In this document: piece after piece, positions 1 to 23,600 of the stretch | How positions within the stretch are numbered: position 1 is the stretch's first letter | How the letters are laid out: each line of letters begins with the position of its first letter | From: Lingula anatina | Taxonomy: Eukaryota; Animalia; Brachiopoda | NCBI GenBank assembly: GCA_051362555.1 | Contig: CM120643.1 | Span: 10,788,001 to 10,852,000, forward strand | Direction of reading: 5' to 3' | DNA: 64,000 bases | Made by a program: the position numbers and the translations under genes | The notes under the pieces: model-generated | What the model was told of the DNA's origin: nothing | What the model saw: the letters and a program-made list of their open reading frames with translations, nothing else | Databases searched by the model: none

Positions 1-1678
1 GTTAGATTTGCTGCTCATGTTTCTTTCCATTTTCTGGAAAAAAAAAAGATTTATAGTGTCATTTTTGTGTGTTCAAAACATGCAGTGATACAGTGTAGGT
101 CCTCATAAAATTAAAATATTATTTTGATTTTATTTATGCATGTTAGTTTTGAAAGAATATAATATCAATGTTCACAAAAAAGGAAAATAGTGATAGTTTT
201 GTTTATCAACTTGTAATCATTTGTGAACATGAACTGAACATAATAAATTTCTTAGGTGTGTTCCGCTAAAATGAGAAACATAGGTTAGGTAGTATGTATC
301 ATTTTAACACTTGACCTTTCGTGCAGGCTGGACGGTTACTGGAATATGTCCTGCAATGGACAAAGTTCATGCATTGATACGTAATAGCAACGATTGATAT
401 ATTTAGTATATGAAGTAGAGTAAACTAGTAAGAGGCAACTCCCGGATGTATGTAAACGATAGGCAAACCCCCAATTTACTGTATATTACATGTATTCTAT
501 TCCCAAATTTCCTTAAAAAGAGTGACAGATACATAACTCCAAGCAGCTTACTTTATGTATGTTGGGAAAGCATAAAGACAGATCGCTAGCTCTCATTTAT
601 TCACTTACTTATTTACTTGCAGTTACTTTTATTCTCGTCTTTGTTTAGATTCACGACTACAGTCATTTTTAAGCAGATACTTTTAAGTAATTACTTTCGG
701 GCAGTTTCTTTCAGACAGTCTCCAGACAGTTACTTGCACTTTTTAATTGTTTTGCTCAATTGTGGAGCGTATTGGCAGTGCGCTGACTGAAAAAGGAATA
801 AAAATACTTTCGGAACAGCAAGTGGACTTTTTCTTTCTTGAGCAAAATAAATCATCTTATCACCGGGATAAGGAGACGAACCAGAGTTAGAAAAAGACCC
901 CCACGATAACCCGGTTGATAAAAATAAAGTTACAATGACCGTTTCCTGAAAATTCAACAATTTTCACTTAATCATTAAGGCACAGGACTACCATCTCCGA
1001 AATCCTTTCACAAAATTAAGATAAACTCGTTTTTGGGTTGGTGGCGAGAACAATAGCGTATCTAAGAATTTGGAGAACTGTAACGTGACATCCCTTTCAC
1101 TGTGTGAAAAACAATAGTATTTGTAAGGAATGGTTGATTGCGATTTCTCTTGACTATCGTTGGAAGAAATTTCTTTTATTAATAATATTTTTTCAATATG
1201 CTGCTGGAAATAATTGATCCATTTCGAAAAAAATCCGTAACATTATAAAACGACTGAATAATCATTATTTCATAAGTGATACGAACGCCTTTTGATGCAG
1301 TGACTATTAACAACTTAAATAGAATGCCTTGGCATTATCTATATATAAATGTACAATTTTTATGTTTGACAGAAAAGTATAATATTTCAGAAAAATTCTT
1401 ACACTTTAGTTACAACACACACTACAGTCTCACACATTAGTACATATACTACAATTACTGGTATGCATACGTCAGCATATTGATCGTAAAACTTGTTGGC
1501 GGCGAAACTGATGGCAGTAAATTGTTTTGAGATCTCTGCCAAAAATGGTTGTTATTCTATCCACTTTTGTCCGCTTTCTTTTCCCTTTAATTGTTTTGCT
1601 CTTTTTTTCAGTTTCTTTTATTTTGTTTTTATAAATAGGTTTAACTATCGTTTTTTAAAATAATGATTGCTGTGAACT

Positions 1679-11384
<9,706 letters not shown>

Positions 11385-11862
11385 GGCCCTATAACGGAAC
11401 GTTTTATAAACATAAATTAGGTTATAATGGTAAGTCTTTTCTATAGCAATGATTTTAATAATTTTTCCTTTATCACCAGGTACACCATATTTAAACAATT
11501 TACATGACTGGTATAAATATCCATCAGTATCGCTATATGCAAGGCGCTTTTAATGGGTTTCTATCACATGTCGTCTAAATAACACTTTTTGAAATTCTTT
11601 TTTGAAATCATTCCGAAATCGATCTCCAGCTGTGCATTCATATTTTAATATTTTAAAACCCCTTTCGACGCCAGAAAGAAACTAACAGAAGAGCCTGGGA
11701 CTCAATCAGATTGCTGTATTCGCGGATCGATTAAGTTGCGTTCGAAATTATTCCGAGCTCAAGCGCAGTATTCATGACATACCTCGAAAGCTGTTGCATT
11801 AGCGCACAGAAACCCTTCATATCAAAAGCTTACACTGCAAATTAAGTTCGACGAGAAGTTAA

Positions 11863-12700
11863 AGGGATAACAACTCTTCATATGAGATCTATATTTCACA
11901 ATAAATATCCCCCCCCCCGGACAATTCCCCCCAGGACAATCCCCCCCCCCCCCCCCCAGGACAATTTCCCCCCGGAAGACCCCCCCCCCCCAAGAAATAT
12001 ATATTTTAATACAAATATAAAGAAGAAAGTGTAATTTTTAAACGTTTCATCCATTTTATTAATATTTTAGTGTGATAATACAACTTCATCATGAAACAAA
12101 TTATTTTATAACAAATTCCCTTTTCATTGAGTACAAGTACAGGAAGATTTATTAAATATCTAATCAAAGTACAACCACCTATCCTTCAGGTTCTGTACTT
12201 CTATCTCGAAAATTTCATGTACTCCATGAAAATCATTTGTTTAATACAATTAATATCATCTATCCTCGAGTTGCATCATCACACTAAGAAATATTCAGAA
12301 AATGGATGAAAAGATTTAAACTTTCTACTCTTTTCTTTATATTTGTATATAAATATATATTCTTCGGGAGGGGGGGGGGGGGGGGGGGTAGTCCGGGGAG
12401 GAATTGTCCGGGGGGGGGGGGGGTGTCCTGGTACCAATAAATACATTGTAAACAACTCATAGAAATATGATATATTCTATTTAACCACAAAAACGGCAGT
12501 TATAGCAATAAATCTGAAATCTGTGCTTGCCATCCAACCACGTGACCTCCATAGATGGTTATACTCTGTAATAATCCTTTAAGAGAATAAATGGAATTTT
12601 TTAATAAAGTAGAATCAAACAGGTTTAGAGAACGTAATTTTCTCAACGGTTTGGGACAGGGTATACTTTGGTGATAAAGGCAAAACTGATGAAATATCCC
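11863..12700. mobile_element. Kolobok-like MITE copy (split by foldback insertion)
   Basis: Starts ttaa-agggataacaactct; collinear with the copy at 35129-35489 on both sides of the insertion; right end approximate. Confidence 0.6.
11908..12434. mobile_element. Foldback (Mutator-like) element with C-rich/G-rich termini, nested in a Kolobok-like MITE
   Basis: ~180-bp inverted arms (ccccggacaattcccc... / ...ggaattgtccgggg); 9-bp target duplication caataaata at 11899-11907 and 12435-12443. Confidence 0.7.
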
Positions 12701-13951
12701 AGTTTTTTGGTTTTGTTTTAAGGTCTAACATACATTGTAATGATGTAGACTACGCTGAATATTTTAATTTAAGTCCACAGAGATAAAATGCCCCCCCCCC
12801 CACCTCTCTCCACCCACCTATGTCGAAAACTTTTCAGATCACTTACCTGTGATAATCTTCGCCTGCTAATGTTTTTCGACAGTTGCGTTATGATTTAAAG
12901 ATAAAATTGCAGCGTATAATATGGCAGCTGACGCACCTCCTGTCATGCCATCATTCCCTCCTTCGGTTATGGTTAGAAAATAACAGTTTCGCGTTTATGG
13001 CCTGCGCTCGCGAAATTGCCCAAAGGTTGAACATTACCTGAAAGAATTCGAAACCATTTTAATCAGATTAGTGTGGTCTAGAGAATTTATTTCATTTCAT
13101 TTATTAAGGTTTTAATGGCCTTATAAAAGATTACAGCACTAATTCATTTAAACTACGACGATTTAAAGGTATTTTCCCACAGAGATTTATATTGAGGTAA
13201 TATGATGATCAAGCTATATAATCCGTTACTTTGCATGACTGTGTGTTGTTTGGTTTATTCTTTCTTTGCTGTATATTACATTATATAGTTATATTGTAAA
13301 ATTGTAATTTTTGTTTAGTCTCCTTCCAGAAGTCCCTGTTCTTTGTGTATATGAGACATTTGAGCAAGATATGCAATTAATTTTTTATTTCTTTTGAACA
13401 TATTTTGCAAATTCTTTCTTTTATGTCTAGGTATCCGAATATGACAAAACCAACATTAAGGTTCGGCAAACAACGCCAACGGTCTTTTAAATCCGCAGCT
13501 GTATACGTGAGCCAGACGACTTTTCACTTAAAGTGGTTTGTAAAACGATTTATCTGATACATTTGCAGTTCACTTCAATAATTATAAATTGACATTTTTT
13601 CCTGTTTTTTTTCTATAAGCATCTTATTAAGAGTAGTGTTTGGTGTTAGTTCACTTCTATCATAATCCAAAAAATTTTTTTAAACATTTTGGGAGCTACC
13701 TGTATATTAAATTTCTCATTCTGTTTGCAGACTATTATCTAAAAGCAAATAAAACAAATAAACTTCAGGCAAACAGTTTCAACACTGTCCTCCCGGCTCC
13801 ATCAATGAGGGGAAGTAATAAAATTTAATTTTGCCATTTATTTTTTTTCCATACGAGGTCGTGTGCCACCAAGCTCGGGTGTCACCTGAAGCGAATTTTA
13901 GGTGCAATCGTTCTTTCAGAGCAGTTCTTCACGGAACAACCTTATATCCTG

Positions 13952-14116
13952 GCCCCAGTTGCACCCAAGAACTTAAATCAGTTCCCTGGCTTAATTGACT
14001 AGAATTTCCATGAGAGTGCTGTTACACTGCTCATGATAGGGTAAGATGTGACCATGTAACCTTGGTTATTAAGTTCTTAGTCAGGGAACCTGACTTAATT
14101 TTTGGGAAACCGGGGC
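13952..14116. mobile_element. Short Harbinger-like MITE related to 21049-21782
   Basis: gccccagtt... / ...aaccggggc termini; shares tagtcagggaa.c.gacttaa with the longer element. Confidence 0.5.
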
Positions 14117-14628
14117 AAGGTAAAGCAAGCAGTCTTCGCGCCAGAAAGGAATTTCGTCCTCCACTCCACCAACACCTCCAACCCTGTCTTATTATTCTTG
14201 GTTTGGGACCATCTTCTTAAATGGATCTTTAACATTCAGACAATCATCATCTTAATTTAAACTGAAACGTTCCGCATATATCTATATGATGCAATTGAAT
14301 ATGTATACAACATGACTACCATTCCTAAAACCTTTGCAGTAGATCTGATGGGATTTTAAAGGGAACTCAGTGAAATCCACGTTGTTGAAAAACAGACATA
14401 AAAGGGGGCGATTGCTTTATATTGTTGAAATTTACATTCAATTGCGAATCATGTCAGTGCGAAGCCTGAGGGCGAAGGAAACCGTGCTTATATGCGTTTG
14501 ACTACCAATGTAATTTTTACACAGTGAGAAACTGAACAAGAAATTGAAAAAGTTTCAACTTTATTCGATTTAGGGATAAGCAATCCCCAAAGATGTCTCT
14601 TGCAAACGTGTTGGAGCTGAAGGACTTA

Positions 14629-15065
14629 GGCTGTATTCCCAGAGCTTTTAGATCGATCTATCCCCGCGGGGAGTCTCACTAGATTACTGTCAGATAATCC
14701 GGCTTAAATGTCCGTCCCGCCTACTACAAGCTGTAAGGGGGTGATTAACTTTTGTGTCCGCCCGGCTGACAGCTATTTAGCGTGAACCCCCAGGGAGTTA
14801 GGTCTATCTAAAGTAGATCGATCTAATCTCTGGAAATGGGGTCTTAGACCCCATTCCCATAGATTTTAGATCGATCTATCCCTGTGGGGAGTCTAACTAG
14901 ATTGCTGTCAGCTTAGCCAGCTTAAGCGTCTGTCTCGCCTACTAAAACCTGTAAGGGGGTAGTTAACTATGGTGCGCGCTCGGCTGACTGCAATTTAGCG
15001 TGAACCCCCAGGGAGTTACGTCGATCTAAATCTCTGGATCGATCTAAATCTCTGGGAATGCACCC
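14629..15065. mobile_element. Two tandem GATCGATC-family MITEs (Harbinger/Tourist-like)
   Basis: Copies 14629-14843 and 14847-15065 are separated and flanked by TTA; termini resemble attcccagaga / tctctgggaat. Confidence 0.8.
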
Positions 15066-16892
15066 TTAATCACTCATTTTCTCAACCACGTCAATCATAC
15101 GGTCAGGAAGTAAAGGGGCGGTTAAGGGGAATCCACGTGGATAATTTATCTGAAAGGTTAGCCACCACCCCTACTTCAAAAATTCTTGCTTTGCACCTGT
15201 TATGGTAGAAGATTTAAAAAGACATACATACCAAAACAGTGACAATTTTGACATTCAGACAATCATCATCTGTGAGCTATGCAGACTGCACTGAGTAGGC
15301 CTACGAGTTCGCGACTCTGAGGGAGCGAGTTGATGACTGACAGCTATGTACGAAGGATTGCCACAGGCGTTTTATAACAGTGCGTGGCAGTTCGCTAGTT
15401 GAGAAGTTGAACTGTTACTCGTTACACCTACACACCTTTGAAGGTAATTTCCGAGCTAAACTTGATTTTAAATATGCTTTGCTTTAATTACCTTCCCCAA
15501 GGATGTAATGTTTGTGGTTCCGGTAGTCTGTTTGTCTGGCTGTTAGCTGTATTTTGAAAAAAAAGTTATTGATGGATTTGAGTACATTTTTCAAAAACTG
15601 TCCGGGGTGAACAAGTTACAAACGATTCAAATTTTTGGGTGATCCACTGATTGATAAGTTAATAGATTGGTAAATATTAGAGTTAAACTGCCTTTATCAG
15701 GTCTGGGCTCTCCATGTACTTTTGCAGTTTCTGCTGCATTGGTTTATTTGATTATGCAAATCCTTCCCATTACACAGAATATATTTATTTATTTGTGATG
15801 CATGTACACACATGTACAGTAAGTTCTCAACAAGTTTTTTACTGGCGTTACCCCCCCCCCCCCACACACACACACACATGAATGTGTAAGGACTAATTGC
15901 AAATATTTATGGAAAGTTATTTCACATTCTGTCAGCCTTGCATTGGAAAGAATGAAGTCATAACTATTATCCCCCAACTCCGGTGACAAAAGTTGGGGAT
16001 AATGTTAACCCACCCGCCCGACCGTTTGCAATTTTCGTTCACAATCCCCTGAAGGTTTTGAAACTTAATAAGGGATTGATAGACTTATCATCAAGGGGAT
16101 GTATGGGCCCCTGAGGTGTGGTGCTATCCCTGGAGGTGGATGATTCTATTTTTTTCATATGAAGATTTTTTCGTCGATATACCTTCGCATGAAGACAGAT
16201 TCTTTTGTCATGTTGCTATGATGTTTATTATGAACAGTTAAGACCCATCCATTGATAATACATCTCATACAATACTTTATGTCAACTTCGTCTGGGAAAA
16301 AACAACAGTTTGGTAATCATTCGATGGCATACATACATCGAATGATTACCATGTACATCAACCTCCTCGTAAGTTCTGCGGTAACTGTTCATCACTAGTT
16401 GAAAGTCTAATTTAGTGATGTATATTAACACCTTTTGTGGGGAACTCATATGAATCCACAATTGTTGAAAAAAACTGGCATAAAAGGGAGCATTTATATT
16501 TTTATTGATGAAATTTACATTCAATTGTTTTCGCTCTTGGTGTCATACCAGCTGGAAACAGAGGAAAGCCTGGAGGTGGAGGAAAAACACGCGACATCAC
16601 ACATATTAGGTGATGGGACGCAGTGCTAAAAATATGTTTGACTACCAATATAATTTTTATTTCGTGAGAAAATGAACAGATAATTTTAACTGAATTCGAT
16701 TTATGGATCCAGCAATCACCAAAAGGGTGTCGTTGGAGAAGTTTTGACTTTATTCGATTTAGGAATTAGCAATTACAAAAAGGTGTCTTCTACAAACGTG
16801 TAGGACCCAGGTGGAGGACGTGACCACTCATTCAGTCTACCACGACAGTCATACGGGAAGGAAGTGAAGGTTAAGGGGAATTCACTTCGATC

Positions 16893-16893
<1 letters not shown>

Positions 16894-16931
<38 letters not shown>
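16894..16931. repeat. (TG)n microsatellite
   Basis: Direct reading. Confidence 0.9.
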
Positions 16932-16932
<1 letters not shown>

Positions 16933-19004
16933 TCAGCCCCCTCCCCCACTTACAGTTTCTTGCTAAACGATTATTTTGGTAGAACATTCAAAAAAACTTT
17001 CTTACCAGCTAAGTGACAAATTTAACTCTCACACAATTAGCATCTGCAAGTTATGCACATTGCACTGAGTTGGCTTACGAGTTCGATCCTCCGGGGGAGC
17101 GAGTTGATGATTGACAGCTTTGTGCGAAGCATTTCCACAGGCGTTTCATAACGGCGCGTGCACGTGGCAGTTGATTGGTGGAGAAGTTGAACTCCTACTC
17201 CTTAAGTACCCGGCTGTATACCCTCCACCCGGGACGCAGGTTAATTATGTGCACTTCTCTCCAGGCCGACCCAGCAGATAGTTGTCCTGAGATATCAGGG
17301 GCCTGAAAAACAATTTACAAAGTACAGTAATTTTGCCTCAGACTACCATCAGACTGAGCTTGTACGGTCAGAGAGTAGCAGATAGTTGCGTCACGCATTA
17401 GCCCGAGACATATCTGTGAATACCCAGTGAAAAGCTGACCTGTGACCCTCGTAGAGTGTAGGGTATATCCTTGTGTTCACGCGTCTGAAAGTAATGGCAT
17501 AGCCGTTTTGATCTTAATATGCTTTGCTTACTTACCTCCTTACGGTCCCGTTAGTCTGCCTGTTAACAACAGTATGCAAAAATTTATGAACGGATTATGA
17601 TGAAATTTTAATTTATACAGTGGCATACATTGAACAGTTACTGTCCATCACCAATTTATTGCCTCATTTCGTGATTTTTTAAAATACTTTATTGCCCTGA
17701 ACTCGTTGAAATCCACAGTTAATGAAAAACTGACATAAAAGGAAGCGTTTAATTTTCGTTTATGAAATTTGCATTCGACTGCACTCGCAGTAGGTGCCAT
17801 GTCAGAAATCGTCGCGAAGCCTGGGGTGAAGAAAAACACGTTATCATGCATATTAGATCAGTTGAACGAGTGCAGTGTTAGAAGTGCGTTTGACTACTAA
17901 CATAATGAACAGAGAATTGGCAAGTTGACGTTATACGTTTTAGGAATTTGCGGGCTTCCTTCACCTCGATCATGTTACTCCTGAGTGTAACACACACGTG
18001 TGCGCGCACACACACACACTCATAAACACACGTCTCATGCAAAGGTGTACGAGCTTGGCAGAGGACAAGCCCCATCATGTCAGTCATAGTAACGGACACT
18101 TCCTATCATGGGTGAAAACTAAAACGAATCGAGCAGCTGTTAAACACGACAATTAATGATGATTAACGGTATATTTGCATTGGCCGGGGTTTTGGCCGTA
18201 GCTTTTGCCTTCAAGGAAGAGACCCTTAACGAGTAATGACTTCATTAAGTGTTTACGAAATGACACGATGATACGGAATAGCAGTTTATCAACACGCACT
18301 CTTCATTTTATTTGGTTTCAATTACGTCTCCATTTGTTGATTTCAGCAAATCAGTTCAAACGTCTGTAAAAACTTGAACCAAAACCGTAACCATCAGTGA
18401 TTGCCAAATAGTTTTATTATTTCAAAATCTGGTTGACAGTAAATACAGTAATGACAGAAGTTTTTTTTCGCAAATTGGGCAAAAAACATTTTGGACAAAA
18501 AACTTAACATTTTACAATGCTATGTAAATGAAACCCTCAAAAACAATAACTGATCGCAATTCTACGAAAAACGTAACATTCTTTAAAATAAAAGCTGGAC
18601 TGAAGTTCTCCCATAAATACACAACACAATGGCTCCTGCTGTAAGTTACTGTCACTAAAAACATTTCTAACCCAGTGAAAGCATGCATGCTGGCCATATT
18701 GTTATTTTGACTAGGCAGCAAAACTGGCAGATATGCAGACATGAATCTAATGAAAGGCAATTATAATGTACAAGCCACTTTCACAGACTATATGAAAGTA
18801 AGAGACCACCAAGAAACAAGCTGACCCTGTTGTAGACTTGAGACTTGACAGAAAATCTGACAGATATACAGGTACTAAAGGAAATTTAATGGACAGATTA
18901 AAATATCCAGGTAAAGCAAACAGAAGTATAGGGACAAAAATTAAAGCAATTTTCACTTTAACACCCAGGTTTAACACATTTGTTCATAGTAGTTAATAGT
19001 CTGC

Positions 19005-19008
<4 letters not shown>

Positions 19009-19070
<62 letters not shown>
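19009..19070. repeat. (TA)n microsatellite
   Basis: Direct reading. Confidence 0.9.
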
Positions 19071-19075
<5 letters not shown>

Positions 19076-19580
19076 AGTCACATCATCAGCCCACTTCATG
19101 TAATATTTGCATAACCGTTGCATATCCCTTTTTAACTCCTAATGTTTTCTTTCCAAACTTGCGGGTACTAAACAGGGAAAATGATGGGGCAAGTCAAATT
19201 TATGTAAATATTGCACAAAATGAGGACTCAATGTTCACTTTTTTGTGAGATGACTGTGGAGGTTTAGAGTAATTAGTCAGAAGATTTAAAAATTTCGCAG
19301 TTGAATGGCAACCAATAAAGAGCTACATAATTTTCTACAAAGATAATTTGGAAATGCTTATCTTCCAACTTGACATGCATTTCCATTAAAAGAATAGCAA
19401 TAAAAACTCCCAGCAAAAACAAAATAAACACAGGCTGTTGGTGGCCTAAAAAATGCATCATATGCAAATCACCTCAAAATGTAAAATATCTTTACAATCA
19501 TATATTAGGAGAAATTCTTATACTATTCAACTTCAACAGTTTTTACAAATATTACTGGAACAGACAATAAAATGCTGTTA

Positions 19581-19611
<31 letters not shown>

Positions 19612-20539
19612 AAAGATATCATCTCAACTGGATATCTAATTATATTCAAAGGTGCATGCTGGAAAACTATTTTTGACAAAACCAAAGCTGTCGAAAGAAA
19701 TTTTGAAAAAAAAAAAAAAAATCCCGTTAAAAGCAGATATTGTAAAGTAAACCTGCCTTAACCACCATGCAATTCTTTCCATTATTCAAATATGAGATTA
19801 CACTTTCAAACATGGCACAGCAAACTACAAAACAAATCTATGAAAAAAAAAAAAAGATAATGGCATAACTTAACATATACATATAACCTCAAGTAAGTAT
19901 AGAAATTGAATAGTTAAAGTGTATAACATAATCAAAAGACTACACTGATGAATTTCCATCAAAATAAATATTTCTTCTGCAGAGTACTTGTTTGTACAAA
20001 TAAATGTCATTTGGAAACTTAATATAAGCGGTGCAAAGTTCATCACGTGGTTTCATACTTTAAAACACAAAATGATATATAGATGGACATGTGGAGTCAA
20101 ATATCTATGCCCAAATGATATACCTTCAAATTGCAACATCACCAATATATAAATCTCCGACAAGTTAAAGGCAATACTTATTGCCTGTGGTTTATGTAAA
20201 TGTGCAGATTTCAAATTGCTGGGACATAAATAATTACCCTTAGATTTGGTATTGAATCAAAATCACAATAAGTTATAACCGTGATCTTTTAAAAAAAATA
20301 GAGGAAAAAAGACTAGGCACTTGATAAAATTCATGCAAACAAAACAATTAAGAACCACTCTCTTTTCAGGAAAGATTGAGATTAAATGCAATACCTGACG
20401 GTGGGCTCAGAAATAAATAGGTAAATTTAAGCCAATAAATACACTTTAAAAATTTTTTTTTTTTAATTTAAAAAGAAGTCAAACCCTGTCTGTTTTAAAG
20501 AAATTCTTACACACAGTTATTCAGGTAAAAGACTTTGTT

Positions 20540-20641
20540 TTAAAACTGGAGATTCTTCTTGTGTGTCATGTCATCTGTGCCAGGGCGCTGTGTGCAGCCT
20601 AGTGTTCTGACAGGTGTAAGTTCCAACACAGCGTCGCCACC
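20540..20641 (-). CDS. SAMHD1: SAMHD1 terminal coding exon
   Basis: [33 protein letters not shown]-stop. Confidence 0.88.
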   Translation of the reverse strand, partial: GGDAVLELTPVRTLGCTQRPGTDDMTHKKNLQF

Positions 20642-23600
20642 CTGAAAATAAATCAATAAATAACTACACAATAACGATAAACACCTTGACAATACTGTAT
20701 CCAGACCAGTAATCTCTTAATATTGGGAAACATTGGGATTACACAGTATAATTTTCATTCCCATAATATGACTAATATCATAAATGTACTACATGTGTCT
20801 TAGAGTGCATTCCCAGAGATTTAGATCGATCCCACTAGATCGACCTAACTCCCTGGGGGTTCACGCTAAATTGATGTCAGCCGAGCGCGCACGGTAGTTA
20901 ATTACCCCCTTACAGCTTTTAGTAGGCAGGACAGATGCTTAAGCCGGCTAATCTGACAGTAATCTAGTTTGACTCCACACAGGGATAGATCGATCTAAAA
21001 TCTGTGGGAATGTGGTCTTAAATGTCTGTTGTAAAAATCACTCTGCTGGCCCCCATTTCACAAAAAATCTTAAATTCGTAGTTGACTAGCTCGAGCTGAG
21101 TGACCTAGCTAGGTCGACTATGCTGCAGACCACTAGGAGTGTTTCACAAAGAATCTAACATCTTAGCTTGGCGTGATTACCGTAGTCGACGCGCACGAGA
21201 AACTCTTCAAGAAAAGGAAGTGTAAAATTTCTAAAGTTTCATAAGACATGACGTTTCATGGCCTCTTTCGGCTGAGAACGATCGTTTATCAACAATAAAG
21301 ATCAGTCAAAACATGAACAAAGTTTGTTTTTGAACTTTATTGATTAGTTTAACTTCGATACAACTTCAAAGTAACAGTTAAACATTAGCTTGTCGTGGAA
21401 CACTGCTGACGGACGTCTAGCGGTCAAAAACATAAACAAACATGATCGGCTGGGTGAAGTGGCATTTTATTTTCTATTTCAATATTCCATAAATGTCAGT
21501 GCTATTCAAGGATATTATAACACAATATCTTGAAGGAGGTATGTTCTTTCCAAATTTTTGTTGTTTATGCTCTCATTTACCGAGTTTTAGTTGAGCTTGC
21601 CGACTTAAGTCTCCTCCCGAGGAGGCTAGACATCATCGACTAGCAGCTAAGGAAAAAACGACATAAGCGACCTTTTAGATTCTTTGTGAAACGGGACTTA
21701 GTGATGTAACGACTTAATTACATTGGTAACCATGCTCTTAGTCAGGGAAACCGACTTAAGTTTTTTTTTGTGAAACGGGGGCCTGGGCTGTCCCTGCAGT
21801 TCTCACCTTGGGCAGGGGCATATCTTTCTTAATGCACCATTTAATGAAAGCCTTTCTGGTCACATTTAGTGTTCCAGGGTCAGTTCTTCTGCAGTATATT
21901 CTGAGAAGCTGCTCAGCAAAGGTTTCTGGCAGTAACTGGGAAACCTAAAAATACAACAAGTTGACAATGTATAATGATATCGCTATTTTTAGTTGGTAGA
22001 GGTAGGGGGATACTGCAAATAATATATCATTCTGTGAAAATTATTCTTTGGCTCAAGTTGACTTTTTTTTTTCACAAATAATGTAAAAACTGAAAATTCA
22101 AATTTTGAAAAAGGTAATTATCTTTTTTTTCTTTAGTTTGTTTAAAAATTGTTCAAGCCAGTTTCAGGAGACATGCATTACACATAAACAGACATGAGCC
22201 CCGGTTTTAGAAAATAAAGAACTCTGAACATTTATTGTGGAACCAAACACCTTATGTAAATTTTTTGGGGGGTTTAATTGCTCTGGGGTCATGTAAAAGA
22301 GCAGAAATTCTGTGATTCAGTGGAAAAAGCTCATGTCTGCATGAATGAGAGCCAGACTATTTTAATAAAAATAAAAAAAAAGTTTTTGTCTAAATTTTAC
22401 GATTACCTGGTCTTTCCTGACACGAATAGCCACCTCTGGGTTGTTTTTCTTGTAGAATCTCACATTGTCTATAGGATTCATCTTCTTCATTCCATAATCA
22501 AGGTTTATCACCTGAATGATATCAATATCAAAATGAAATTGATTGTAAAGAAATAACCTGCCCCAAAATGGTTCATGCTGGAGAAAAATTCAAACAAATG
22601 TTGTGTTAAATCTAAAATTCTGACAAATTCCAATTATTGAGGTTACATGGAATATTTAGGAGCTACAACTAATTTGTTACTAGCAGAGGTATGATACTGT
22701 ACCCCAAACATCTAAATTTTTGGCAAAACATTAAATCAAACTAGTGACACAAATAAACTTTAGTTCATCAACCTGTAAACTGGTGTAAAATTTGGGACCA
22801 AATTTCTATCTCCTGCAACCCAAGATAAACAGGACGGGTCGGGACTAAAACCATGTGTACTGGCAGCACCATGCTGGTTGTACAATAAGTAGCTGTCCAA
22901 ATTAACAAAACTTTATTCCTCTTTTACACAAAGAAAGATGGGGTAAATGTTTCAGAAACAGAGATAGTTTATTCTTGTGGACCTCTACTGATTTATCTTG
23001 CACTGAATTGGACCAAATAATTTGTTAAAAAGTCTAAACCAAATTTTGAGCTCAATTATTTAGCACTGAATTGGACCAAATAATTTGTTAAAAAGTCTAA
23101 ACCAAATTTTGAGCTCAATTATCTAGCACTGAATTGGACCAAATAATTTGTTAAAAAATCTAAACCAAATTTTGAGCTCAATTATCTAGCACTGAATTGG
23201 ACCAAATAATTTATTAAAAAGTCTAAACCAAATATTGAGCTTTGCCTCTTTCATGAAACCAAACCCTCTGATGTGAAGTACTTCTATTAGAATTACATAC
23301 TTACATCTAACAGAAAATCTTCTGCTCTGAGAGGCCTCTCCGCCTCCTCAAGGTCATCTGGGGTCATGATATCACAGATTTCTTGGGCAAATACCTCCGT
23401 ATCTTTCTGGAATGAGAACAGTTATAAATTTAAATTGAAAACAAGACTTAAATAAATTTTCTTTTTTTCAGTTTAGAATAAACAGCTAGGAATATTTTTA
23501 TGTGACCTTAGAAAATATAATTACATCCAATTATAACATTTGGTAAAGGGCTGGCAGACAATAGGTTGAACAGACCTGGTAATGGAATAATGGAGGCCAC

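Noticed and set aside
11385-11498. N-terminal extension of the 1611-aa ORF (MFKYGVPG...)
   Set aside because: Starts at a non-ATG codon upstream of a splice acceptor; the signal peptide begins at ATG 11384.
23001-23240. Regular repeat resembling a CRISPR array
   Set aside because: Head-to-tail 63-bp units with no unique spacers and no cas genes, in a eukaryotic intron.
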